Positions 49,380-62,930 of a DNA stretch of 64,000 bases are shown piece after piece (positions within the stretch are counted from its first letter, which is position 1; every line of letters begins with the position of its first letter). The notes beneath the pieces were generated by a model that was given only the letters and a program-made list of their open reading frames with translations, did no database searches and was not told the DNA's origin. The stretch is from Lama glama (taxonomy: Eukaryota): assembly GCA_028534125.1 (NCBI GenBank), contig CM052816.1:65412001-65476000 (forward strand), written 5' to 3'. Both the position numbers and the translations under genes were made by a program.

Positions 49380-49620
49380 ACAGCTTTATAACCTTAGACT
49401 TAGTATAACAGAGCCATTAATGTTGAGCTCTGGCTATGTGTCGCATACTTCTGTCCATTAATCCTTCAAAACAAACAAGGTTGAATTTCAGTATTAGTAG
49501 TTATATTTTACATATGCAATTGCTAAGGCTCAGAAAAATCATCACAAAACCAAGATCATTCAGCTGTGCAGCCATGAAATGAGCTGAGTTAAAACTTGAT
49601 TTCAGGTTTGCCTCACTCTC
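49380..49620 (-). mobile_element. MIR SINE (diverged)
   Basis: ATTAATGTTGAGCTC...TTAATCCTTCAAAACAA...ATTTTACATATG...AAGGCTCAGA. Confidence 0.55.
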
Positions 49621-52600
49621 CATCCTGTGTTCTTTCAGCATTACCTACCTTTGGGCTAAGAATCACATTCGAATTTATTACCTTACCCTGCCTGTATGTC
49701 CAAAGCTGCAACAATAAGTATTCAATGACTTTACAAAATGGTGGTGAGTTAACAGAAGGGTAGGAACAGAACCCTTTCTTGGTGCGGAAGCTCAGCTTAT
49801 TTGTTTGGCACATGTGGCTCATATTAATGTAGACATCCTTTTTTTCTGAGAAAAATATGTGTATATAGAGGAGAAAGACATGTCCTTGGTGAAGAGAGGC
49901 TTGAGGGTCAACAGAAAACATTCTGATTCAGAGTAGTTTTGAAATAAGACTGGCTTCAAAACAAAACCAATCAGAGGATAATTTTATTTTCAATGATTCG
50001 GAGAAAAAGGCATGAAAGGCTCATGCTCTTAAAGAGAAAGATCAAGTCAGAAATCTATTAAGTTTTGGTTCCAGAAGAGCCAGCTGGAAATGATGGTCTG
50101 CAGGCTCAAGTCACTAAGCAACAGAGCAGCAAACTGCTTGGTAACCAGAGCTGGCCTGACTCACAGGCTGACTGCAAATGACCGGGTGGCCAGACAGAAG
50201 GACCACAGCCCATATGACCTTAAAGCACTCTCCTTCTATTCACTTGCCAGACTTCTGCCCAATCCCCCCACTATGGAATGATCTCTTTGACTTAACAAGA
50301 TATTGGCTTTCAGAATGGAAAAGTCTCTGGGACCAGGAATAAATGCTATCTGTCTTTCTTCTTTGATAGAGCATTCCTGAGACTATTTTCTTTGGGTCAG
50401 TACATCATCAATAAAATGTAAAGTTTAATGAGAGGAAAGAAAGTGAAAACATTGGGATCAATGGCTTGACTTAGGCTTTTCATGACCAAATGTGTCCAGG
50501 GCCCAACTGCCTGACCTTCATTTGTTGAGATCTATCCTTGAACTCTGAGAGCACAAAGTGTTGCCATTTACTTAACACTTTCTCTCTTATGCTGTCACCT
50601 TTTTCATGGGTGTCTTTTGAAGGTGCAACTGGCCTATAAGTCCCTGAAAAGTAGGAACCTCCACATGTATCAATCATTGTATCCACTGTGAGGGGCTGAG
50701 TGCCACCTGTATAATACGCATTTAGTAAATATTTGCTGTTTGATTGAGATGCATACCCTCCATTGCTGTGCCTCTTATGCTGAGCACCTGGGGAGACCTA
50801 GAGTCTTCTAGCCTTGAAGTCCTGGTGATGTCATGTTTGATTGCCATAGTGGAAAGATGTTTCAAACTCAATGATTAACCATTTGTATGGACTTTGTCAC
50901 CACAAGGCTGTGTGTTTGAGTGTGTGTTCGGGGTTTACACACACCTGGACTGGTGTAATTTGACTTTAGTACATAAGAATGAAATCAGTATATGTTAGTG
51001 TCACTAATGTGTCACATATATGTATTTTAATATTTAGTTTATACTCTGAAAATAATTTATGCCTGTTGTATTTCTGAAAAAATATATAAATATATTTGTG
51101 ATTTTTGGTAAATTACTGAATAACTAGTTTGTTAAACTCTGATGACTAATTTTTATCTCTTAGAATTCATAGTGGTTAAATTATACACCAAGACCTAAGC
51201 TTATAAAAGAAATGGCAAGATTTTGAGGAGAAATTTGAAACAAACAACCCCTCCTTCTTGCATAGTTCTTTTTCTAGTGTGACAATTTGGAGGCAAAAAC
51301 AATTTTTTGAAGAGATTTAGCATAGAAAGGTTATTTTAACATAAAAGTTTTGTCCATAGTCCCATCTATATCCATTTTTACATTGCAGTAATTTCAAGCT
51401 AACCGATTTCCTTTCCATTATTCTTATGAGCTGGCCCTATGATCAAATTAGCTATCATTAAAATAAAGTGGCTTCCTCTGTATATTATTATTAGGGTACA
51501 TGTTTCTTTTTTCATTTTCTTATAAGCTGATTCCACATTTATAAACGGTGAGTGTGTATCGTTGACCTTTTGCAGTAAGCAACTTTCTGACTAATAAGAT
51601 AATTTGGCTTATCGTTTCTGCTTGTTTACCTTCTTTAGGTTTATAGTATTTGTCTTACTTTGCAGTGTGATTTTTTTTATGACTTTCTATTGAGTGAGTG
51701 CCAGATAGAACAGTGTGTGATTTATGGGTAGTAATAACTAAAACATATATGAATTGGAGGCTGATGACGCACGAGGTGAAATGCTACGGCTCACCTCTGA
51801 ATAGAACCAGGTTTCCTTAATAAAGCCCTCTTATAACAACGGTGGCAGTGCCACTAACAGCGTGATCATTCCTGTATCACCTTCCCAGTTTAAGGTACTT
51901 CTCTAGATCGTTTGTACCGTGTTGTATATAATATTTGTACAGGGATTTATATTTTTATTTAAAAGCCTATATGTTTAAAAAAAAAGCTTGATATAATTCC
52001 TGTAAATTGGAAACCAGTGTCATGTATCAGACATGGAAGATAATTGAAAAAAATACGGTTTTTAAAAAAAGGCTAGATAGATTCAAGTTTGACTCAATAC
52101 TGTGACCTGCTAGAGGTCCTGGGCCTGAGGTCTACTCTCTCTTTGTTTGAAGTGACAGTAACTAATACAGAGATGTGAAAGACCAATTTAGTCCTTCTAT
52201 TTCAAGTAATAAGAATGACTGAAAGGGATTCAGAAAGGGAATAACCTTCTCATTATTGAATTCAGCATTTTAAATTTAATAAGTAACATCCACTATGCAT
52301 ACAACCATCTTTGGTGCATCAGATCCTCTAATGTCCCAAACTACTGGTCCAGAACCACTGATACTTCCACTGTTGGAAGAAGGACATTGGTTCTTGCAGG
52401 GGATCTTTGGGTCTGAATCCCTTCCTTGGAGGTAAAGACACTTAACCTGATTGGGTAATTCCAGTTCCTAGACAAAAAAGTAAGGTGTTGGTACAGTGTT
52501 TTTATCACACTATAACTATTCATTTCCTATCTAGTAGCTACAGAAATGCAAAGAACTTCTCTGTGGAAAAGTACTGTACCTTCTAATGGCAGTCTCCAAG

Positions 52601-52748
52601 TGCTACTTCCAAAGGGCACAAACACAGGTGTCTGAAAACAGTGAGGATTTCCATGCAAATAGGTGAAAGTTGAGGTAAGCTAGGAGCCCAATTTTTTTGC
52701 ACCTCTGTAATCTTATGGAGAACTTATTTCCAGGCCAGAACATCCACA

Positions 52749-52894
52749 CAGGACAGGCTACATAATTTGTGGGGCCCAATATAAAATGGAAATGCAGGAA
52801 CATGTTTAAAAGAATATTAAGAATTTCATGAAGACACCAGCAGAGCATTCAACCCTGCACAACTGCCCAGATCACACCCATGAAGCCAGCCCTG
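52749..52894 (-). mobile_element. MER45A-like hAT-Tip100 element
   Basis: Termini CAGGACAGGCTACATAAT ... ATGAAGCCAGCCCTG; 8-bp TSD CATCCACA/TACCCACA (6/8 identical). Confidence 0.85.
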
Positions 52895-53107
52895 TACCCA
52901 CAGGAGATCTGAAGTGGGGCCCAGTTAGGATCTGGATTTAGTCTACTGGCCATAGTTTGCTAGTCCCTGGTCTGCAGGATAAAATTCATATTTCTCAACT
53001 TGGCCTTGAAGTCTCTATCCTCAGTTGCAAACCTCTCTGTCCCACCTTATCTGGTCTTATTTCCTATAGAGGCTTCACTGTCATTCATTTTGAATTGAAT
53101 CGAGAGT

Positions 53108-53290
53108 AACATTTCTCAGCCTCCAGGTTTTGTCCTGGGGGCTGTCCTGTGCATCGTAGGATGTGAGGAGTATCCCTGGCCACTACCTACTAGATGTTAG
53201 TAACACCCATCCTGTTCTGAAGATCCAAAATGTCTCCAAATGTTGCCAGTGTCCCCCCGGGGCAAAACTATCCCTAGTTGAGAACCACTG
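53108..53290. mobile_element. MER20 hAT-Charlie element
   Basis: GGGGCTGTCCTGTGCATCGTAGGATG...CCAAAATGTCTCCAAATGTTGCCAGTGTCCCC...GTTGAGAACCACTG. Confidence 0.9.
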
Positions 53291-54205
53291 ATTTAGGCGG
53301 GAAGATGTGAAGGGAGGAACCAGTTTCACTTGATTCACTAGGGTATCCCTAGCACCTAGCACCATCTCGTGATACAGAAAGAGGTCCAAAAAAATGTACC
53401 ACCTGGCCTGACTCTGCTACTTACTGTGAGATCCCAGCAGTATGATTTAAACTCCACAGGTCACAATTAAGTTCATCGGTAAAATGGAACTCTTACTAAT
53501 TCACACTTAATAGAATTATTTAAAAGTTCAAATGATATACTTAATGAAAAGACTACAGTGCTATTCAAATATTATGTAAAAATAGGCATGGTGGAACACT
53601 GAGGGTGATCTGAACCTACTGACACCTAGAAGCTTAATTCCCCTCATACTGTGTCTACTCTGCAAATTGCTGTATGGGATGCTACCGAGACATTGTCTAT
53701 GCTCTCAAAGGTTATGATCAGATGTGGGTAGAATATGATTCCTCAAATAACCGTAAAGCAGCAATTGCCGTAACTGAGTACGAAGAGCAGGTGGGAGTTC
53801 ATAGGAAGGTAGAGGTTGTTTCTGGTAGTAGGAATCACATGAGAGTTGAGATGGAGCAGTCACAGAGGAGGCATGTACTGAGCAATTTCTCAGGTTATCT
53901 TATTTGATATTCATGACAACTTAATTGGTTTAGGTTTAATTATCACATTTTACAAAGAGAAAAATAGGGCCTGGAAAGGAATTTGATATGAACATATAAA
54001 ACATAGATGATTTCAGTAGGGAGAGAACCGGAGTGACATATGGAAGGAAAAGTGGTTGGAAGTGAGTTCTTTTCACCAAAGGAACAGCATGAACAAAGAT
54101 GGGGAGTACATGGGGTTTAGGCGACGTTGGGTACAGCATGGAGTAGCCCTATGGAAGGTGGACATAAAGGTAAGGTGGAGTCAGGTTTTGAAGGTCAGCT
54201 AACAT

Positions 54206-54278
54206 TCTCTCTCTTTCTCTTTCAGCCTCTCTCTCTATCTCACTCTCTCTCTCTCTCACACACACATACACACATACA
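54206..54278. repeat. Compound (CT)n(CA)n simple repeat
   Basis: Read directly from the sequence. Confidence 0.85.
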
Positions 54279-54760
54279 CCAGGGATTTATATGCCTAAGT
54301 GAAACGTGATCAATTTTATCTTTCTTAACAGCTTTACTCCACAGAAAAGGAAGTGACATTTTGAGTGATCACCCCATGCTAAGCTTGTGCAAGTGTGTGC
54401 ATTAAACACTCTCAATAGTTGGAATGTGAGATTCAGTCCAGTTACACCAATCTCTACCATCTTTCAGCTGGCTGATGCCTTCTCCTCCTTCTGAGCTAAT
54501 CCTTCTGAAATAGCAGAATACACAATTGCATTTCCATTCAGATGAGATGTGGTAATTCCACTGGTGGCACTCTTGTTCTGATGCATAGAACAGAGACACT
54601 ATTTATGTGAGAACTGTATCTGCCTTTTCATTAAAGGCATGAGAATATAATGCTTAGCACACATCTAGCAGTTCTGATGGACTGTAACACAGAAAACCAT
54701 CTTGCTCTGAAGGCTGGCTCACCAGGGTAAGAGTCAGGACCTAGATATCCTGTTGTCCTT

Positions 54761-55426
54761 TCATCTATTCAAAAATTAACTTTGAGTGTCTACTTTGTAT
54801 ATGTCATTCTCCTGGGGATGTAGCACTGAGCAAAAAAAGACAAGTCCTTCCCCGAGGGAGAATGTATTCTAATGTAGGAGAAGACAATGTATAAATAAAT
54901 ATTCTAGTGAATCAGAGAATGGCAAGTACAGTAAAGAGGAATGAGACAGCATACGAGATTAGAGTTTAATATCCCTCTTTGGGGAGGACTCTCTATAAGG
55001 TAACATTTGAGTAGAGATCTGAAGATGCCTGAGTGACCATGTGATTACCTGGGGGAAGAACGTTTCAGGAAGAAGCAATAACAAGGGCAGAGGTCTGAGG
55101 GATGATGTGATTGGTATGTTTGAGGGAAGGGGATGTTATAGCAAATGAGGTCAGAGATTCAGAAAGGGGTCCAATATTGTAATGTTTTGAGGCTGTATTA
55201 AGGATGTTTCAAAGGGAGAAGCTTTAGCAGTGGGAGTGTCTGCTCAGGGAGAGACAGTCTGTCTTAAGTTTTGAAAGAATTATTCAGGCTCCTGTATAGA
55301 AAATGCAGATGCAGGGCAAAGGAAGCCACCAGGAGACCAGTTCAGACACCATTGTAATAATCCAGGTGAGATATCATGGTGGTTCAGAGTAGAGTAGTCA
55401 AAGGAGAGATGGTTTAAAAACGGTCA
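54761..55426 (-). mobile_element. L2a LINE
   Basis: TTTGAGTGTCTACT...AAGGTAACATTTGAGTAGAGATCTGAA...GGAGACCAGTT...ATTGTAATAATCCAGGTGAGA. Confidence 0.85.
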
Positions 55427-58400
55427 CAGTTCTCTCTGGAAGCGACAGAGGAGAGCAGGAAAAATAACTACTTCTCCATTAGGGGAGGTGGTACAAAAAT
55501 ATGGAGACGAAGTAGGCACCCCATCGGAAGGCTAAACTAAACCAGTATCCTCAATGGGCAGCCAGTAGTGTGAGAGCAAGGATGTGTAAACTCACGATGG
55601 AGAGTTTGGAGAAGGGGTGCTGCAGGGAAGGCTGGGGTCTTAAGTCAGACTGGGGGCTTTACGGAGACAGCTGGGCATGATGAGCAACGACCTAGCAGTC
55701 TTGTGGTTCTTGTGATGATTGTGTTTCCAAGACAAGGATCTCATTTGAGGCCATGCAGTTAGACAAGGACAACTCTTGGGCTGGGATGCCCAGTCTCTTG
55801 GGTCTATCCATTTTAATTCATTTCAGGCACTCTACTTCAGCTGCAGTGCGTTTATAGACATGGAGGGGAGAGGCAGTGAGAACTGGCTAGCCAGGTCTGC
55901 CAACATTTCTGTCTGGTAAAGCCATGTTCTTCCCACCTCTTTACCATACGTTCATGCTCCAGGGATGAGAAATGTGGCAGAAGATGCAGAAAAGCAATTG
56001 GGAAATTGCTAGTTTCCAGATGTATGGCCCGAGGGCAGATTTTCTAACATGAAATTATTTTTTTCTAGCATTGGATACAAAATCTTGTTCCTATGCATGA
56101 TGTTAAAACTTGACCTTGAAGAAATTTAAAAAAAAATTTCTGAAGAAATAGATGTTGTACTTGCTACACTGATTCCTGCATAGAATTATTACAATGATCC
56201 TGCTTTTATTAGATAAGTAGGTTTTATGTGTAGGCTTAAAATATTTTTTAAGGAGAGCAAGACCATACCACGTTTTAACATTTATTTAGGGATGTTTTTG
56301 TAATCTTACATGTAAACAAAACATGAAAATGGGCAGAACAGAGCTTTTTCTTTGGAGTTTGAATTGTTGTTTGTATTGTCTGCCTGCAAATTGATATTAT
56401 ATGAACAACCTGGCTGTTATTACGAAACATGATCTTCTGTGTCTTACGAGGTTACCCTGCAAAGCAACATGTGAAAACTTTTTTTTGTTTGTTTTTTTGC
56501 CCTAAGAGAAAGGGCGAGCCCTGGCACTTTTTCACCTGTAAGGATTTGTAGCTTTTGCCATGATTGATTAGTTGGCTTCCATTCCAGAAACGCCCCTGGT
56601 ATGCGTTTTATGTTCTGACAGAGCCATGGCTTTGCTGTTCAGCACGTCACCCCCATGAAGATGTGGGCAGGCTTTTGTGCATTTGCTCTGGTAGCCTGGG
56701 AAGCATATTTCAACACACCATCCAGAATTGGCTAGAACATGCCTGTCACTCCCAGCTGACTCTGATGACGCTCTTGCCAACGTAGATTTACATCAACATG
56801 ATTCCTTACTGGAAAAAGCTCATTCGGAATATACAGGGTGGCCTGTTTTAAAGAGGCATCACATCAATTTGAAGAGAACTGTATTTTATGGGAAGCACCA
56901 TGAGAAATACACTGTCAATTAAATGTGCCACAGAGCACAGAATTATAATCAGCATCACTTAAGAAGATGTTCCCCCCAGAAATTGTAAGTTGCTCTAACT
57001 TCTAAAGAGTGCCTTATCCTGTAAAGAGAACCGCTGTATTTCAGACTTTCCTTCTCACTATGCAGGAATTTCTAGCCTTTCTTTCCCTACCTACATAATC
57101 CTAAGTATACTCATTAAAGAAAGTTTGAGATGAAGTATGATGTGATAGCCTTGCTTTTTAACTGCCCTAAATTCAGTTTGCCAGTTCCGTGGATAAATAG
57201 ATTTTTCTCTTAGCACAAAACCTTTTGGCCTATGGCCATCTTGTTTTTTGACTCATCTTCAATATCCTAATGAATGTTTGGGAGAGGCGTGTTACTCAGA
57301 TGCGTGGGTCTTTAGACAGGAAACCAGGCCCTCAGAAATAAAACCTGTTACCATAGCTATTCAGAAAAAATACAAAACTGTCTTTACTACACAAAAGAAA
57401 AATTCAATATCACTGGCACATGACCTGTGATTACTATGATTATGATCCTATCCTGGTCACCCTTCATTTTCATCATCCAAGTCTCTTCTAAGTCATTACA
57501 GTAATGGATACACCTGAATGGGTTTGCAGTTTTACCCCCTGACTCAAGACAACCAGCTGGATTTTCAGTGACACATGCTTTGATCTGTCTGCTTTTAAAG
57601 CTCTTAAGCAGGGCAGCTCTAGACAGCGTCCTCTCAGAAGATTTTACAATCCTAACAGACCTCGTCATGAGTTCTATATTTATACTTGTTTAGACACATC
57701 AAAGTCAGGTTTTCTACCTGAGGCCACTTAGAAATTTAAGGTCATCAGCTTTTTGCTGTAGCCGTGGGGTTACTGTCGTGCCTAGCAATAATGACGACTG
57801 ACCTTGCAAAGTGATCCAAAGTTGTAGGCTACAATATAGGAACATTAAAAAATGTTCTACTGTGTTGTTTCTTTTGCTGTATTTTGTCCAAAGTGTTCTA
57901 TGCTGTCTGTCTATAGGACAGAGGGAAAGAAAAGAAGTAAAAGTCAGAAAAAGAAGATTCTTCCTCTGTGAATTAACATATGACATCTAACATTAACATT
58001 GATAAATAACATTAACTGAATGATAAATAAGTTACACGATATCACTTATCACACATAACTATTTAATGATATTTATGGGTCAGTGTTATGAAACAGCGTA
58101 GCTTAAATGCAGCACTTTAAAGAGATGGGTTTACAGGCCAGTTAGATTGGTGGGAATTTGAGGAGGCATAAAAGAGAATCACAAAAGAAAAAATTGGCAT
58201 TGCTTTTCCAAACACTGCCCATGAGAGAGGAACTGTTGGTTAACAGACTGATGCTAAACATTCAAATTATGTTAATTATCTTACGAATAGCCTTTTTAGA
58301 ATCTATCTAATCTAATGTCTATGTATCTATATCTTTTGTCCTGGTTCCCTGTTCACCAAGCAGTCTTCTGATTACGGTCTTCATTGTTATATAGGACTTT

Positions 58401-59427
58401 CTACTGAGAAGGGAAGTATTGAGTCAGATAGTGGAAGCATTGTTCTCAGAGCACCAGCTCAATGAAAAGAAGCTAATTGGCCTTCGGATTCTGTTTAGCA
58501 GTTCCCTGAGGTTGTATGATGTGGATTTGCTCCTGAGAGAAGAGGTTGCTCTCATATTCTGAGAGATTCGAGTCTCTGAAGCTACAAATCTCAGTGCCAG
58601 ATTCTAATCTTAGCAATTTCCCCACAGTATTGTCAACCTTCAAGGCCTTTTGGGAGAAAATCTGCCAACCTTCCCGGGTGAAACTCTTCTCCACTGCCCT
58701 GCCCTGAACATTTTTACTAGAAACCATGGCAGCACTAAACACATTTTAAAGTGTTATCACAATAAAAATGAGGAAGAGGTGCATTTTCTTAATCTCAGTC
58801 TTCAGCGGAAGCTGTTTGGTGAGACAGTCAGGATTTAGGCTTTGAAATTCATTTTCTAATCCATCTAACTTTTAGCCCAGGATTAGTTTATTATTTTTTG
58901 TTTGTTTGTCTTTCTGAAGGTACACTACCTTAGAGAACTTGGTCAGTTGTTCTAGGAAACATGTTCGGTCCTCAGAGGCAGTGTTTGGAATTTTCTGGAC
59001 CCTTTCTTCTCCCTCTCCTTCCTCCTCTCAGGTCCAGTAGTGTTGAGGGATCCTGGAAATATTACTGCTTTCACCCCAGAAAGGTATATCTTTTAGGGAG
59101 CTTCACAATTTAAGAGGGACTTTTGATGACAGAAAAGCGTTTATGACCCAAATACATGGATCTCAAGTTGTAGAATTACAGATTTGGGGGACAGGGTTCA
59201 GATCAACCACATTAACAGCTGGGATACTTTTAACGGACAGGATTATTTCTCAGAAGCACCATACACCAAAGTGATGTCTTTTCCACCATATTTACAATGT
59301 CATGGGGACATATTGACTGTTAAGCCTATGACAAAAACGTGGGAGGAAGTGATGTACAAGTGAGGGTCAGTGTTGATGTAAATTGAAACATTTGTTTTCA
59401 GATAAGTGTTCTCCTGAGAAGGGCATC

Positions 59428-59881
59428 TGAATTAGTTTACTGTGGCTGCTATCACATATTACCACAAAGTGGGTGGCTTAAAACAACGAAAATTTATTTG
59501 CTCACAGTTCTCAAGACCAGAAGTCCAAACTCAAGGGATGTGCAAGGCTGCCATCTGGACAGAGGCTCTAGGGGAGAATCGATTCCATTCCTCATCCGGC
59601 TTCTGATGGTTGCCGGCTAACTTGGCTTGTGGCCACATCACTCCAGTCTCTCCTTCTGTGTTTATTCACATCCTCTGCATCAGTTTCCCCCTCTGTGTGT
59701 CTCTTTTAAGGATTCTCATCATTGAACTTAGGGCTCTCCTGGGTAAACTAGGATAATCTCCCCATCTCAAGATCCTTAATACATTTGCAAAGACCCTTTT
59801 TACAAATGAGGTAACATTCATAGATTCTGGAGTTTAGGATGTGGACATCTCTTTTTTGGAGCCACCATTCAGCCCATTCCA
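59428..59881 (-). mobile_element. MaLR solo LTR (MLT1C/D-like), near full length
   Basis: TGAATTAGTTT...GGTGGCTTAAAACAAC...GGCTCTAGGGGAGAATC...TTTGCAAAGACCCTTTT; flanks GCATC/GTGTC. Confidence 0.9.
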
Positions 59882-60299
59882 GTGTCTAAAGGTATGCCTT
59901 GTAGTGAGAGTCCCTGAGAAAGCCATCCACATAGCATGAGGTTGGGGCCATGCCCACAGAGACAATACTTTCTGACTATTCCAACAGCTCTTAAGGACTC
60001 CAGCTTGAATAGCTAAGGCAGCAGGGTTTCTTAGGGCAAGAAACCAAGGACACTAGGATTCCTTTAAGTGGATGACTGCTATGGTCACTGAACATCCAGT
60101 CCTACTGTCTTGATGTTTTTTCTTAAAGTCTCAGGAAAAGGATGAGAGAAAGAACAATGGGGAAATGTTATTTATTTTGTATCCTTTTGCACATAGAGCT
60201 CTCTTGAAGGAGGAAGAAAGGAAAATTATAGGAATGATTAACTCAGAAAGGAGAATGATGGGTGTTTTTCCAATACTTTGTGAATGTTTGGTCCTGGAC

Positions 60300-62200
60300 T
60301 CAGTGACTAAAATTAGCATTTTAAAACCATAAACGTAGTATGTGTTTATGGTAAAAATTCCTATGAAAGAGAATGATGTGTAAGTCCCCTTATGCCCTTC
60401 CTCAGCCCCTGTCAGCTTTCCATTTGCTCTCACCAGAGTAACTATTCTTTACATTGTCTGTTGTAGCCTCCTGGAAATATTTTAAGTATATTCAATCAAG
60501 TATAATAAAAATAGAGATAATACTTACTGAGTAATTTTTATGTATTAAGCACAGTGCTAGATATTTTCAGGGGTTTCTTCATTTAATTCTCACTACAAAC
60601 CTAAAATATATCTGAAATATTTATTTCTACCAAGTGAAATCATTGGTCCCATGGTACAGTCATTTTAAATGTTAAAAAGTATTGGCTAATTTGCTTCCGA
60701 AATTGTTTCATCATTGTACACATCTATAAACAGTATGCCAGAGGGCCTATTAATTTCTCATTATCATTCTCACCATCATTACTGGATATTGATCCACTTT
60801 CATTTTTCATTACTATCATTTGTAAGATATAATATCTATCATTATGTTTCGTGAGTGAGTTTATCATCTTTTCATTGTTTATTTGCCATTTTTTAGTCCA
60901 CTGCCTGAATATATTTCATCATTTAAAAAAATTGGGATAATAAGCATTTTGTTAATTGATTTGTAATAACAGTATATTAAGGAAGTTAATTTTTGTAACT
61001 GTTTTGAATATTTTTCTCAGTCTATTTTTTCCCCTTACTTTGTTTATAGTTTTTAAAAGTCATATATAATTATTCTGACTTTTTTACTGTGGTAAAAAAA
61101 CACATTAACATAAAATTGATCATCTTAACCATTTTTAAGTGTACAGTTCAGTGGTGTTAAATATAGTGACATCGCTGTGGAACAGATCTCCAGAACTTTT
61201 CATCTTGCAAAACTGAAACTCAGTACCCATTGAACAGCTACTCCTTCCTCCTTCCTCCGGTCCCTGGGAGGTGGTAGTAGCCACCATTCTACTTTCTAGG
61301 AGTTTGACTACACTCAATATCTCATATTAAGTGGACTCATACTGTACTTATCTTTTTGTCACTGGCTTATTCCACTTAGCATAATGTCTCCAAAGTTCAC
61401 TTGAAATATAGCATGTGATAGGATTTCATTCCTTTTTAAGGCTGAATAATATCTCATTGTATATAGACACCACATTTTGCTTATCTGTTCAAGTGACAAA
61501 GAATATGTGGGTTGCTTCCATCTCTTGGCTATTATAAATAGTACAAAGACCCCGATTCAGCTCTTTTGGATATATATATATCCAGAGGTGGGATTGCTGG
61601 GTCGTGTGGTAGTTCAGTTTTTAATTTTTTGAAGACTCTTCATACTCTTCATACTGCGTTTTCCATAGCAGCTGTACCATTTTGCAATCCTACCATCAGT
61701 GCACAGGAGTTTCAATTTATTCACATCCTTATCAATACTTATTTTCTCTTTTTAATGTAATCATCCTAATGGATCTGAAATTATATTTCATTGTGGTTTT
61801 ATTGCATTTCTCTTACGATCAGTGATATTGAGCATCTTTTCATTTGCTTGTTGGATTTTTTAAATCATCTTTGAAGAAAAGTCTATTCAAGTCATTTGCC
61901 CAATTTTTAATCAGGTTACTTGATTTTTGCCTCTAAATTTTTTTTGAGACAGTAGAGTTCAGCAAATCTTCCTCCATGTGCTGCTTTTATACCATGTTTA
62001 AGGAGTGTGCCACTCCATTTTAAAATCATTATATTGTTCTTCACCTTACTTTTATCCTAGTTCTTTTAAGGTTTCTCTTTTTATATTTGATTTTTGATAT
62101 AACTGTCATTTGTTCTGATATGAAGAATAAGGAAAGGGTCCAGCATTTTGGACAGCTTCCCCAACCCCAGTTTGTAAAGTAATCACTGATTAGATACTAA
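60300..62200 (-). mobile_element. Old L1ME-like element with nested MIR (~60510-60630) and L1MB
   Basis: CACCAGAGTAACTATT 3' end; AAGTGAAATCATTGG...CATTTTAAAT; ATATGAAGAATAAGGAAAGGGTCCAGC. Confidence 0.55.
61081..61930 (-). mobile_element. L1MA/MB-type 3' region
   Basis: CATCTTAACCATTTTTAAGTGTACAGTTCAGTGG...CAGAACTTTTCATCTTGCAAAACTGAAACT...GATATTGAGCATCTTTTCAT. Confidence 0.88.
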
Positions 62201-62724
62201 CTTGTAAGGTCTGAACATTTTAAGTAGACTTTCTTATTGAGTGTCACTCTTGCCACGCCTCCAACTGTAATGATTGTACTAAGTGTAGCAGGATCTTGCT
62301 GGATTTTGTTTGCACTATTCTAAATGGTAAATGTTAGCTATTAGTAGAAGTTAAATATCTGGAAGATAGGCTTAAAATACTTGATAATTACCTTTGTTGA
62401 GCCCTATTTCCTTTCAAAATAAATATTAACTATATTTCCCAATAACATTCCTCTTGTAGGGGGTAAACAAGGAGAAATGCTTTCAGTGACACAGGAGGCC
62501 AGTGTGAAAGAATGACTTCTGTTATAGAATGATTCTTCTTTCAAATGTGAAATGATGACAGAGTTTCTATAAAAGAAGAAGTGATGTCTATTTCAGGACA
62601 TCTATCCAAATGCACTTCTTGGGATTCAGTTTAGGATCCTGACAGTGCCACACCTTGTAGGAAGATGTAAAACCCTTGTAGCTACATGAAATCATTCTTA
62701 CCACCGTCAGGTACAGATACAAGA

Positions 62725-62930
62725 ACAGGAGTTCTGGAATTGGGCTGTTCAAGGCCTGGCTTTCCTGTAAATTGGCTGTAAGACTGACTAAGTCCCCTTC
62801 TTCTTTTGAGCATTGGTTTTCTAATTTGCTAATAAACAAGAATACATAACACACATGAGACGTTTGAAAAGATGTTTAAGCAATTAAACATGATAATTTG
62901 TAGGATTTGTACTGTATACAATATTACATG
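62725..62930 (+). mobile_element. MIR SINE (diverged)
   Basis: TTCTGGAATTGGGCTGTTCAAG...GGCTGTAAGAC...ATTAAACATGATAAT. Confidence 0.5.

Noticed and set aside
2964..58430. About ten scattered TGACTCA/TGAGTCA AP-1 sites
   Set aside because: Close to the roughly 8 expected by chance for a 7-mer on both strands of 64 kb.
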